Below are positions 11,290 through 24,375 of a DNA stretch of 64,000 nt, one piece after another. A model generated the notes under the pieces. It did no database searches and was not told the DNA's origin. It saw only the letters and a list, made by a program, of their open reading frames with translations. The translations under genes and the position numbers were made by a program. Origin of the DNA: Phoronis australis (taxonomy: Eukaryota; Animalia; Phoronida); contig NMRA01000218.1 of assembly GCA_002633005.1 (NCBI GenBank), forward strand, positions 205,113-269,112, read 5' to 3'. Each line of letters starts with the position of its first letter. Positions within the stretch are counted from its first letter, which is position 1.

Positions 11290-14200
11290 TACATTTCACT
11301 TCTGGCCAACCTCAACGTCTATGTATGTACTATTGGTCAGTGATTCTTATCAGAAAGTCCACATTCTATGGTCTTTCAGTAGATTTAAGTCTTAATTTTT
11401 TAAATTGAATTTTTTTGTGCATTGCAAAAATATCCTGTATTGTCTAAATGACTTACTTTGTAGAATATTATTTAGGGCTCTGAAAAGATTTGTGTGAAAT
11501 TCCTCTCACCAGACACAAAATTTTCTCCCGTTTGTTAAAAAAAATCTGTTGCAACTCTCACAAACTGAACACTTTGCATCCATAGCATTTGTACGGCGGA
11601 CGTTCACACTTCTCAGCCATGTGTTACAGCCTCTTTGTGGAGGACGGGCTGTGGATTAGTTGATCGCAAGCACAGGACTGATTACATAGCATTACGAATG
11701 GAAGTCAATTTCCTGAGAATCCTTTTTCATCAGGAACGTTGACTATGGGGAGGGCGATTGGTGGGGACCATCTGAGGAAGTTGATTGGGTGGTGAGGGGT
11801 ATTTCCACTAGTTGAATCGAATCTTCTATTGGAAGGGACAGGTGATATTTTGAAGAGCGAAAATGTGATCGTTTTCGGCCAAGATGGATTCAAATGTAAA
11901 TATTCAGCAGGAAAGTAATTTTGTTGAGCGTAGTTACTGAATTTGCTAATTTATTATTTGCCCACTCCATGCAGTACTTTCCCTTGTTGAACTAGGGTGC
12001 TTTTGTTAGCATTGCTTTGCCGTGTGAATGTGAACGATACATGCGTACATGTGTGTTAGTGCCGTTATGTAAGAAAGTTGTTGCTCGCTGAGTCTAGCTT
12101 TTTATTATTAAGTATTTGTCTAGTACAAGTACGCGTGAATCATCGTCCAGCCTGTCTAATGAGAGTCGACTTCTGTAACGTGGTGTTTGTCACCATCTGT
12201 ATTGAGTGTTGGGGATCGTGGTTTCATTTGAAATCACATTTGGGGTAACTGTTGTCTTGGATATCTGATATGTGACCAAATAGCTGCGCTAAGGCAAGCA
12301 CTATTCTGATCCGTTCTGATTTTATTCCGTAAGACTAGGATTTATGTTAAGTTCTTGAGTGCACATACTAGAACAACGTATGGGAGAAATTTTCAATTAT
12401 GCTTGTCCGACTGATGGAAGTTGTAATGTATTTTCAATTTCGGGTATGTTGAGACCAGCATCACTGTGTCCATGTTCTACCAGGGTTTTCACGAGATAAC
12501 TGTGGATGGACAGATTAAGCTCAATACAACTTGAGGGATTTATTTGATAAAAATGCTTGTGCCCGAAATAATCAAGGCATTGCAGTTAAATATTCAAAAT
12601 ATGTTTTACTTAAACTATGATGGATGTTTCAAGTAGCATGGTAAAGAAATTAGACTGTACACTGCTTTGACATGTAGGTCAGTTTATTTGATTCATAATT
12701 TATATGAAATTAGGGTCTGGGTTCAGCCATAAACAAGCATAGGACGTTCAGTGGCATGCTTCTGTGGGCATGTCTGTTTTTCGGTTTTAGCTGACTATAA
12801 AGTATCCATTCAGTTTGTGATGGGAAAACGACCAAAAGTAAAAAACGAACTTTCCTTGAGTAATAGGTGATTGCAAAGTTTCTGGTCTGGACTAATAGAA
12901 TGGAGGCACTGTGTCAGACACAAGATTACACGCAAGCATGTAGTACTATCTGCCATGGGTAACTGCATCAGGGAATTAATTAGGAACCGCTTTTGTAGGC
13001 TGTGCAAATAAGCGTTTCTAAATCTTCGATGGATCAGTTGGTATTGTCTGTTTTATTTTTTAATTCCAGTTATGTTTATTGCCTGGGACTTATCATAGTA
13101 TGATTTCGACTCAATTTAGTCATCATTGTATGTAGATTTACGAACCTTTGTGCGGGGGGTTTACCTTTCCGGCTTTTGGGAGTAAGGTGACAATGCTGGT
13201 CGTTTGAAGTCTCACTTTTGAACTTTGGTGAGTTTTGAATCGTATCATGCAGAGATAAGGAAGAGCATTGTTACCCCTCCACCCCTCTTTGTGACCGATT
13301 ACTTTTTGACGTCATTCGTATTGTTCATGCGATATCAGCCTGTGTGATTGTGTACTATTACAGAATTACAGAAGTGCCCAGAGGCTGATTGGCGAGAACT
13401 CTAAAGTGTCCGTTAAACTGTCTAACAACGTGTGCTTCTCTCGACATTGCAGTTTTGCGATGTATTGCGAAAATATGTAAATATATTAACATTTTGAAAC
13501 AATCGAGTTCTTGATCTCATGGTAAGGATGAGGTTAAAAGTGCATTTCTTGAGATGTGCATGTCACATTAGACTCGAAATCCGTCAGACTAACATTCCAG
13601 GTACAACGCTCGAATCTTGACAAGTAACATGGCAAGTTTGTGTATATGCAGACTGCAAGGAATGTGCAATTAACCGAAATTGTTTGGCGGTGTGAGTCAG
13701 GAACTTGACTACCCTTGCAAACTTACTAAGTGGAAGACGCTGGAAATAGAAATTAAGGCAACCATGTTTAGAGACCGTTCACGGCATACAGTGTATTGCA
13801 ATTGTCACGACTGTACGTTGCTAGTTTTGTATGCCAGTATTTGTCCTGGTGAGTTGCATATGTTAACATTGTTTTTTGAGCTTCTGCGGTGGTCGTGGTC
13901 TGTACACTGGTGTGATAAAATGAAGTAACTATTTCCAGTAATTTCCCTCGGGCATGCATTTATTTATACAAGAAGCAACATTGAAACGGGTTCATCGCCA
14001 TTTTTATGCCGTCAAACTCTTAAAGCTGTGCTGGACTAAGCAAGCCTCTAGACCTACCTATTTACTCGAAAAAGTAGGTCTTGTTAACTTCATTGCTTTT
14101 AAGGGCATATTGAGCCCTACGATCTGCAGGACTTGAGTGATTATGTCTAATGACTTGGAGCAAAGAGGCAGTGGCCGTGAGGTAGTCCTATGCATTAGCT

Positions 14201-14837
14201 AAGGCCCGAGTGCGCATTCCTCTTAAAAACTGCACTTCAAAAGCAGTACGTGGCGCCCAAAAAGCGTTTTCAGTGGCACCCTCAAAAAAGCGACTTTCGC
14301 CTTTGCACACTCGGACTCTAAAAGGCCTTACTTGAGAGGTTCTAGCCGGCTCCATCGCCCACCCTGACGCCTTCAACACAGCCGCCGCAAGCACATCTAT
14401 CGCAATAGGCAGTCAAATTCAATTGTCACCCACTCATAGCACTCGGGTTTTCCACACATGTTCATGTAGGGAGAGACTTAACCATTGAAACCAATTTGAA
14501 CGCCATCCGGTTTCAATAATCAGGCGACAAGCGAGTCGCAGACGCAGCCCTGTGTTGCCAAAGATCTAATATATAGTATCTTTGGCGTTACACACGTGTC
14601 CTGAGTTACAAACGATAAAAGAAACGCATTCAATAATGGTTATTTACGTGTACAGTACTAGTTGCACTTCTCCGATCTTTTCATAACTTGAAGAAACAAA
14701 AAGCGACTTAGTTGAAAAAAATCGTTGTCGCCAAGGTTGCTTTATCGGAACTCTTGGCCTGGTATACAAGGAAAGCCTCGGAGCCAGTATCATCTTCAGT
14801 CCAATTGCTGGAGGGCGAAATGATCATACATTCAGTT

Positions 14838-15081
14838 CATGCGCGCTCCCAGCCTAAAAATAGGGGGCTCAGATTTTCAAGAGTATGGACCTTTTACTAA
14901 AAAAGAATGGGGCAAGTTCAGAGCTGTGAATTGCGCATTCGCCGAATAGCTTCTTCGTGGACTTTTGTCTCGTTTCCAGCGTTGTGGGACTTTTTGTTTC
15001 TCTGATCGAGGCGGACCTTTTTGCTCACTTCGCCAAATGGGGCGGGGGAGTTCGATCGAGCTCCCCTTGAGTGCGTGTATG
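14838..15081. mobile_element. MITE of the CATGCGCGCACCC-terminus family (other copies at 17771-18012, 35980-36230, ~43595-43717)
   Basis: Begins CATGCGCGCTCCCAG and ends TTGAGTGCGTGTATG; the 35980-36230 copy has perfect 13-bp TIRs. Confidence 0.55.
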
Positions 15082-15519
15082 CTGTTGACTGAATACTATT
15101 CACGTACCTGAACTTACACCAAAGTGAATGTCTAATACGTTGCGTATGCGCTTTCTCAGAGCGAGAACACTACTTAAGAATCCAGCAAGCCAGTCAATTA
15201 ACGTGGTATTCGTTCCTTAATGAGTGTAGGTACAGGCAGGAAAACGGAAACAGCGCCATTGTTTTCACATCCGAATTAAGATTTTTTAAGGAGATAGTCA
15301 TTGGTAAAGATTTTCTGATTGACATACATGTAGACCTATAGGAGTGCCTCAGTCACATCCCGGCGCCGGAGTCCGAGTTCATCTCGTGACCGTCGTCGCA
15401 CACTTCCCCCTTCCTTTCAACTTTCCTAGTGACTGACTCACTGGCACGTCTTTTCATGTAATACTGTAGCTTATTCTGGACTACAGAAACATAGCGTAAA
15501 CGGACCAAAGCGTCCTTGA

Positions 15520-15790
15520 AGTTAAATTAATTATTTGCGGTGTAATTTTTTAATTTACGCCTTTAAAATTTAAACTTTTAACGGCGTAAATTAAAAATTT
15601 GTTGTGCAAATTAACTGTAAAGGGCGAAAACTACTTAGTTACAGTGTAACTTAATTCATTCACGTAATTTACGAGCGGAACATTCACCCACTTGGCCAAC
15701 AATAAATTTACTTTGCAATTAATTAACTTACGCCGTTAAATGTTAATTTAGAGGTCGTAACTAATTACTTTACATCGCGTAAAATTAAAA
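15520..15790. repeat. AT-rich array of palindromic AATTTACGCC/GGCGTAAATT motifs, probably MITE interior (also ~18440-18715, ~48100-48390)
   Basis: Repeated motif in both orientations, shared by three homologous segments. Confidence 0.5.
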
Positions 15791-16027
15791 GAATTCTTTG
15801 GCACACGGGTTGGCCAATTTTTAATCGAGTATCGGTGAAACTTCGCCGACAAACGTGCCCTGAATTACTGCTGCACCAGTTTTTGTTCTCTGCTACATTA
15901 CCTGAAATTTCATCGAAAGCCACTTTTGTGTACAACTGCTTTAAATAGGGCCCTGTTATCTAGTTGTTTTGTTTTCTTACCTGGCCGGTGACAAGATCCA
16001 AGATCTTCATCAGTAAAGTCTTACTAA

Positions 16028-16218
16028 AGCCTTGGTCACAACCCGCCGTACGTGCAAGTGCGTGCTGTCTACGTGTAAAAACGTGGGGGAAATTTGGCGA
16101 TCCGTACGTGGCAAGTACGGCCTCCGTGCGTTTTGGTGAATACGCAGGAGAACGCAGACACGACGTAGCACTTTTAGTGCATGCAGAACTTTCTCTGCGT
16201 GCAAGCTGCGTTCGCATT
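16028..16218 (+). mobile_element. Left part of a PIF/Harbinger-like element inserted at TAA (runs into the gap)
   Basis: Starts AGCCTTGGTCACAACC immediately after TAA 16025-16027; the duplicate copy has the empty site (TAA 18936-18938). Confidence 0.6.
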
Positions 16219-19200
16219 NNNNNNNNNNNNNNNNNNNNNNNNNNNNNNNNNNNNNNNNNNNNNNNNNNNNNNNNNNNNNNNNNNNNNNNNNNNNNNNNNN
16301 NNNNNNNNNNNNNNNNNNNNNNNNNNNNNNNNNNNNNNNNNNNNNNNNNNNNNNNNNNNNNNNNNNNNNNNNNNNNNNNNNNNNNNNNNNNNNNNNNNNN
16401 NNNNNNNNNNNNNNNNNNNNNNNNNNNNNNNNNNNNNNNNNNNNNNNNNNNNNNNNNNNNNNNNNNNNNNNNNNNNNNNNNNNNNNNNNNNNNNNNNNNN
16501 NNNNNNNNNNNNNNNNNNNNNNNNNNNNNNNNNNNNNNNNNNNNNNNNNNNNNNNNNNNNNNNNNNNNNNNNNNNNNNNNNNNNNNNNNNNNNNNNNNNN
16601 NNNNNNNNNNNNNNNNNNNNNNNNNNNNNNNNNNNNNNNNNNNNNNNNNNNNNNNNNNNNNNNNNNNNNNNNNNNNNNNNNNNNNNNNNNNNNNNNNNNN
16701 NNNNNNNNNNNNNNNNNNNNNNNNNNNNNNNNNNNNNNNNNNNNNNNNNNNNNNNNNNNNNNNNNNNNNNNNNNNNNNNNNNNNNNNNNNNNNNNNNNNN
16801 NNNNNNNNNNNNNNNNGTCTGTACACTGGTGTGGTAAAATGAAGTAACTATTTCCAGTAATTTCCCTCGGGCATGCATTTATTTATACAAGAAGCAACAT
16901 TGAAACGTGTTCATCGCCATTTTTATGCCGTCAAACTCTTAAAGCTGTGCTCGACTAAACAAGCCTCTAGACCTACCTATTTACTCGAAAAAGTAAGTCT
17001 TGTTAACTTAATTGCTTTTAAGGGCATATTGAGCTCTACGATCTGCGGGACTTGGGTGATTATGTCTAATGACTTGGAACAAAGAGGCAGTGGCCGTGAG
17101 GTAGTCCTATGCATTAGCTAAGGCCCGAGTGTGCATTCCTCTTAAAAACTGCACTTCAAAAGCAGTATGTGGCGTCCAAAAAGCGTTTTCAGTGGCACCC
17201 TCAAAAAAGCGACTATCGCCTTTGCACACTCGGACTCTAAAAGGCCTTACTTGAGAGGTTCTAGCCGGCTCCTTCGCCCACCCTGACGCCTTCAACACAG
17301 CCACCGCAAACACATCTATCGCAATAGGCAGTCACATTCAATTTAACGTTACCAAATTGTCACCGGCACTCATAGCACTCTGGTTTTCCACACATGTTCA
17401 TGTAGGGAGAGACTAAACCATTGAAACCAATTTGAACGCCATCCGGTTTTAATAATCAGGCGACAAGCTAGTCGCAGACGCAGCCCCGTGTTGCCAAAGA
17501 TCTAATATAGAGTATCTTTGGTGTTACACACGTGTCCTGTGTTACAAACGATAAAAGAAACGCATTCAATAATGGTTATTTACGTGTACAGTACTAGTTA
17601 CACTTCTCCGATCTTTTCATAACTTGAAACAAAAAGCGACTTAGTTGAAAAAAATCGTTGTCGCCAAGGTTGCTTTATCGGGACTCTTGGCCTGGTATAC
17701 AAGGAAAGCCTCGGAGCCAGTATCATCTTCAGTCCAATTGCTGAAGGGCGAAATGATCATACATTCAGTTCATGCGCGCTCCCAGCCTAAAAATAGGGGG
17801 CTCAGATTTTAAAGAGTACGGACCTTTTACTAAAAAAATGGGGCAAGTTCAGAGCTGTGAATTGTGCATTCGCCGAATAGCTTCTTCGTGGACTTTTGTC
17901 TCGTTTCCTGCGTTGTTGGACTTTTTGTTTCTCTGATTGAGGCGGACCTTTTTGCTCACTTCGCCAAATGGGGCGGGGGAGTTCGATCGAGCTCCCCTTG
18001 AGTGCGTGTATGCTGTTGACTGAATACTATTCACGTACCTGAACTTACACCAAAGTGATTGTCTAATACGTTGCGTATGCGCTTTCTCAGAGCGAGAACA
18101 CTACTTAAGAATCCAACAAGCCAGTCAATTAACGTGGCATTCTCTCCTTAATGAGTGTAGGTACAGGCCGGAAAACGGAAACAGCGCCAATGTTTTCACA
18201 TCCGAATTAAGATTTTTTAAGGAGATAGTCATTGGTAAATATTTTCTGATTGACCTATAGGAGTGCCTCAGTCACATCCCAGCGCCGGAGTCCGAGTTCA
18301 TCTCGTGACCGTTGTCGTACACTTACCCCTTCCTTTCAACTTTCCTAGTGACTGACTCACTGGCACGTCTTTTCATGTAATACTGTAGCTTATTCTGGAC
18401 TACAGAAACATAGCGTAAACGGACCAAAGCGTCCTTGAAGTTAAATTAATTATTTGCGGTGTATTTTTTAATTTACGCCTTTAAAATTTAAACTTTTAAC
18501 GGCGTAAATTAAAAATTTGTTGTGCAAATTAACTGTAAAGGGCGAAAACTACTTAGTTACAGTGTAACTTAATTCATTCACGTAATTTACGTGCGGAACA
18601 TTCACCCATTTGGCCAACAATAAGTTTACATCGCAATTAATTAACTTACGCCGTTAAATGTTAATTTAGCGGTCGTAACTAATTACTTTACATCGCGTAA
18701 AATTAAAAGAATTCTTTGGCACAAGGGTTGGCCAATTTTTAATCGAGTATCGGTGAAACTTCGCCGACAAACGAGCCCTGAATTACTGCTGCACCAGTTT
18801 TTGTTCTCTGCTACATTACCTGAAATTTCATCGAAAGCCACTTTTGTTTACAACTGCTTTAAAGAGGGCCCTGTTATCTAGTTGTTTGCTTTTCTTACCT
18901 GGCCGGTGACAAGATCTTCATCAGTAAAGTCTTACTAAGAGACGATCAGCCTTGTTCTACAAAACTGGAACGCGACTCGAAAGACTGATTTTGTCGCACC
19001 CTGTACAGTCGTTCGACGTGACCCTTAGTTTATGCTGTCAGTAAATACATATACTTACTCGCCGACTGACGTATGTTTACATGGCGCAAGCTGTGAAAAG
19101 ATTAAACAGCTAAATGTTTGGCTGTTAATTCTGTAATTGAGGAAGTGATAGTTCTCGTGTTATCTCGAGAAAGATTCGACCGTCTATTTACACCATATAC

Positions 19201-20946
19201 CATCGGACGATAAGTGGCCTTGGTCACCGACGAACGCGTGAGGAGTGGACAAGAGGTCGCTAATCTTGTCCAGAAATGTCAAATGCCAAACTCCACGGTT
19301 CGTATAGTTGAGGGCATCTCTTATCATATCTATTGCAGTTGTTCCATACTGCACAACGAAGAATCTTTCTGGTGAGTACAGCAAAAAGCTTATCCAAATA
19401 GTTGGTACTTTGTGTACACAAGATCATTTTACCGCTTTTGTTGACTTATTCAATGTCTAAGGAGTCCGTGCAATCACATGGATGTTTTTTGTATGTGGCA
19501 CACGGATTTCTTTAGTTTACATGACAAAAGCTTGTGTCGGTACCAATCAGGTATTATGAGCTAGTATTATGTCTAGTTGCCTGTGTACACCTGCATTTAA
19601 TGGTCACCCTCACCTTAATTCCCGAACGTAACGTTAGTAAAGAAGTTTTCATTTGTAGAGTATACTGAATGGCGCGAAGGCATCTCAAAACAATTATTCT
19701 CGACTCAGTGAGTTATACTTGCATTTGTAAACTTGATGAAGAAAAATCGATTCGCGATCACCAGAACACTAGCCGCAATACGACTCAACGGTACATTGCA
19801 GGTCACCGAGTCCGTAACGCGACCTGACCAGACCCCGGGAGACTCCAACTGGGGAGGGTTGGAGAGTGTTGCAATATTGCATTCCGATGGGAAATTTTCA
19901 GTCAAACATCGTCTCCAATCAGTGGATTTTTATCGACACCAGTTTAAAACATGTTATCAATGGGATTAATTTCATTAACACGGAGTCTTCAGACATTGTG
20001 CCATTTATTTGACGAGGTCTTTGACACAGTAAAGTTAGTCTCATTATGTAGTCCACATTGAACGAATACCGTCACTCCTGCAAACCCGCCATTGATTTAA
20101 TTATATGCTTGACACATTTATTGCTCTTTTTTAGTTTGTGCCGTAAATTGAGCGTACAGCATCACTTAATCAAACTTGATGTGCACTGTTCTACAATTTT
20201 AAAGCTCTATGCAGCGCCACCTGTGACAAAACTTTTGTGAGGGTTTACTGTGTTTTGTTGAGGAATCTTTCCTTTTATTTTTTTTTTTAATCCAGCTAAT
20301 GAAGGTTTCTAATTAGGTATGATAAATGTACCGAATTAAAGATCGTTTTCACACAAGATTGTGTGAAATACCCGAACAAACTAATTCCTTCAAACAAACA
20401 CATTAATTGGCTGTTTCACGCATTAAAATTTGTCATTAGTGGTGAGCCATCGTAAACATAACTCTAATTGGTTGTTTTATTAAAATTCGAGACTTACACT
20501 CATGTCTATTGCACATTGTCATTTTAGTATAACTAAAACTCATGGGTGATAAATCAAAAAGATAACAGAATGATTATTGGGTGTTTTACTGATACGATTG
20601 ATCACTCCAGCCTGTAGCTAACAAGAATTTTGTCAGGCCAGTAATTCCGTCATTCAGAGATGTCAGTAATTTAAATGCTGCGCCAATCCTGAATCTATGT
20701 ACATGTATCTATTTTCGTTTTCGAGCATACGTGTAACTGCTGATCGTGTGTACGTCAACCAGGCCTCGAACGAAGTGTGGTTTCAATAAACCCGTGAGCT
20801 AGAGATATACATGCAGTGAATGGAACCTATATATACATGTACATGTATGTAGTCGGTGCTAGTCACGCAGAACTTTAGTACATATATCTGCATCTTCAGG
20901 GACCTCGCCAATTTTCTGACTGGCTATAAACGCAGTGTTGCGTGGA

Positions 20947-21312
20947 CTATGAAGTTCCAAAGGGGTATTTAACGAGTACCTTTCTGCGCGTTGAAATATG
21001 CTTAATCAAAGCTTATTTTTTTCTCCATTGACGCGTTTTTTAGTTCTTAAACGATCATAGTCCTGCTCCTATTCAACACACATTTTTGCTTAATCATCGT
21101 CGAATAAATAAGAGTACGCGTTAATTAAGTAAATGTGCGCGCCAAATAAGAGTAAAACTATGGTTGTTTAAGAACAAGAATTATGCGTTGGATAAACAAA
21201 ACTACGCGTTGATTTGTAAAACTTCGCGTTGATTTAGCAAAGCTACGCGTTAATTAAGCACATTTCAACGCACAGAAAAGTACTCGTTCAAGAAACCTTT
21301 GGAGCTTCATAG
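20947..21312. mobile_element. MITE with ~60 bp imperfect TIRs and a 4-bp TGGA target-site duplication
   Basis: CTATGAAGTTCCAAAGG...CCTTTGGAGCTTCATAG, flanked by TGGA at 20943-20946 and 21313-21316. Confidence 0.8.
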
Positions 21313-22554
21313 TGGACGCATCCGAGCGGATTTAGTTTCTTTCTATGTTTTGGATAAAGTTGTCTTAAAGCCGCCCTTTTTCCCTGTTTCGAAGTTCAAG
21401 CCGGTGACGGGCGAGCGTACGGCGAGTTGGTGGAGCGAGATGATCGGCGAGGCATCTGAAAGAGAAAGAACAGGGAGCAGAGGGACCGAAGAGTACGGGC
21501 ATGGGGGCCACAGGGAATGGGCCGAAGGGCCAAAGGGACGGAGGTCAAAAGTGACAGATAACAAAATTAAAAACGAAACTGAAATTGAACGGTTACATGA
21601 GGAGGGGGGACCTAAGGTACCTCCGACAGGGGGCACGAAAGGGGGAGAGACATAATATACAGGGAAGGAAGGGNGTCTTGTCCAATATTGTCAAAAACTT
21701 AAGTAGCCTGGGAGCAATACTTTTGGCAGCCACCAGGTGTCTCTGTTCACCATGTGTCTAAAATTTCAATGAACATTTTTTCAATTATAAGGACCTATGA
21801 ATCTCAAACTGTCTCCACGAACTCTTTTATACTTCTATGTCAAGTGAATATTGGAACTTGTTTAGCTTACTCCTCATAATTTTTATTTAAAAATCATCAA
21901 TTTTCTTATATGTGTTAAAACCAGTTTAGTGTTGCATAACTTCAATTCAATAGGACTGCAGACAAACAGTTGACTCAAATCAAGTTGCCCATGACTTGTT
22001 TAATGGCTTAGTGAACATATTGCACTCTGTTCACTGGCAATATGGGCTCTTTTTTTATTGGGATCAACAATAACAGGTCAAAAAATACCACCCATTTTTA
22101 ATGCATCACTTCTTACAGGAACGACCACCCATAATTTGAGTTTTTTTCTAAAGACCACCACCCATGAATTTTTATTTCTGCTGCCGTCCCCCCCCTCCCA
22201 CACGGATTTTACTGGAACAGCCCTAAGTAGCCAAATGCGACTTGGCGTTTATTTTGGAAATCTACACGAACTTTGAAACAATTTGAGGGGATTTATTGTC
22301 TGACTTTGATACTCGTTGTAGCGACTTCGTGGCGACTTGAGATATTTCGCACAGGTCGCCAAACACAATTCGAGGTTCCATTGGCGACCTGCAAGTTGTC
22401 AAATCGAGCTGGACCAGCAGCTGACAATCAACTAGCAAATGCCATTCCTAGCTTTTTTATGCAACACAAATCTTAAAATATCCAGCTAACCTATTATGCG
22501 CCATTTATGAAATTAGGGCTAGTAAATTTAACTCTGGCTCAAAAAAAAAAACTA

Positions 22555-22596
22555 CTGCGTGCCACCGTAACAATGCTGCGTGCCACCGTAACAATG
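22555..22596 (+). repeat. Perfect 21-bp tandem duplication CTGCGTGCCACCGTAACAATG x2
   Basis: Read directly from the sequence. Confidence 0.85.
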
Positions 22597-23308
22597 TTTG
22601 ATTTTGCCGGTGTACCTTGCGCTCATTCTATGCTATCAACAATATTCGGAATTGTGAATGAAAAGTGATAAATTTAGGAAACTCTTAGTAATGTAAAGTT
22701 TTGTGGGTTATATCGTGTATGGATAAAACCCGAGGTGGTTCGAAGAGAAAAATACTTGTGTTCGGTATGATGTATTAAAAACTTATGGTGTGATAGTATA
22801 AAGATATAACATAGAGCATGCAAGTGAACCTATTCGACCAATCAGAATGTGCGCCAAATACAAAACTAACCAATGGGAAGATTAGCTTGGAGCTGGGATG
22901 ATTTGTAAAAATATGTCAAGAGGTAGCAATAATAACTTTAAACTGAACATGTACAGGAAACACCTAAGCTAATAAACCATGGAAACCTGTCATAAACACA
23001 TTTCAATAAGTTAGGAAGTCACAACGAACTTTCAAACGAATTTAGAGGGAATTGTCTGACTTAGATACTCGCAGTAGCGACTTCGTGGCGGGTACTTGAG
23101 ATTTTTCGCAAGTAGCCTAACACTATCAGAGGTCGCAGTGGCGACCCCAGATCGCTAAATCAAACGCTGATGAAGTAATGTACGTGATAACGTCACACAG
23201 AAATAGACGAACTTCTTATCGAATGACCACGTTTACCATAGACAGCGATGATAAGTGGAGATAATCGAACGATGGTTTTGTCTTGCGCGATCTTGTTACC
23301 CATTGTTA

Positions 23309-24375
23309 CAGCACACATCACGAATTTTTGTCCGACCGGTCGGAAACTGGTCTGTAACGGGCAAGGTGAATGTCAATTGAGTTCCAGATTTTGCATGCAC
23401 ACCCGCCGTTCTTTAGCTCATGTTGATACAAGCTTCAGTGAGGTGACTAGCGTAACTATCCGGGCTGTTTGCAATTTCGAGGTCTGTTGGAGCTCAATAC
23501 ACAGTGGCACCTTGCTGTATTTTGACTATAGTCTTCATACAGCTAGCTGGCTAGATAGGAAGGCTCTAGCTTCGAAACATTTTTTTTACTCCGAAAGTGA
23601 CTACAACTTCAGAATGATGATGGATCATGGATGACACTATAACCGATCACATTCTTCCATTTCAATGCGCCCATGATCTTAATTTCTGCACTATGTTGAA
23701 ACCGTTGTTTATGATGTTCTTAAAATAAACTGTTGCTCTTATGCTGTACCAACATATTAAGAAATTATACAAAAATAAACAATAATTATCTGTGGTCAAG
23801 CACATTATACAGCGTGGTGATCAAGTGCAATAACATGAGCGAGAATGCGTGCTGCTTGTTGAGCATTCCGCGGCATGAAAACACTTGATGTCGCAAAATA
23901 GCCAGCGTTGTATTCAGGTTTTTGTGCAATTTTACTGTAAAAATTCAAATTTCTTGCTTGCTTTTTTGCATAATGTACTGTATAAAAAGTCTCATACTAA
24001 GAGGCAGAAATTTGGCCCCGATATCAGTTAACGTTTGATTTTACAACGCCTTCAGTAATTCAACATACATGTAAAGCTTACGTTCAACAAAAGTTGATAA
24101 ACCGATGTCAAGACCGGAGTTGCCACTGGTGAACGAACAGCGAACAGTTAAATGTTTGTTTGGCCAAAGTTCACCCGCTAAGTCATAAATTGCTAATAGC
24201 CGACCAAGGACACGCTTAATCCGAACTGGTCGTCTACGCTAGGCGACCATTTAGCCGACCCAAGTGCCGACCACTGAGGCGACTCAGCTGACGGCTCCTA
24301 GCCGACCGTTGTTGGCAGCCGGCCGGTCGTCGACCAATTTCCGACCGGTCGGACAAAAATTCGTGATGTGTGCTG
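23309..24375. mobile_element. Young non-autonomous TIR transposon (~1.07 kb), CAG...CTG ends, TA TSD (Tc1/mariner-like)
   Basis: TIR CAGCACACATCACGAATTTTTGTCCGACCGGTCGGAAA is perfect over 38 bp (43/44); TA on both sides; subterminal CCGACC repeats. Confidence 0.85.

Larger units (their letters stand above)
13898..18938 (+). repeat. ~2.1 kb near-identical direct duplication flanking an N gap (13898-16027 vs 16817-18938); probable uncollapsed haplotypes
   Basis: Collinear, with only scattered SNPs and short indels; the second copy starts exactly at the gap edge. Confidence 0.85.

Noticed and set aside
10723-13500. Defined end of the TACC 3' UTR
   Set aside because: T/G-rich UTR-like composition and TGTAAATA motifs are present, but there is no unambiguous poly(A) site.
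15960-16878. Long ORFs in the track (also 26521-27187, 38240-38617, 46878-47286)
   Set aside because: They are open only because they run through N gaps.
17341-17356. TAACGTTA-containing indel between the allelic copies as another footprint class
   Set aside because: Only about three occurrences noticed and one informative indel; insufficient evidence.
21299-21655. 118-aa purine-rich ORF
   Set aside because: Low-complexity G/E/R sequence next to a contig join; no recognisable domain or splice context.
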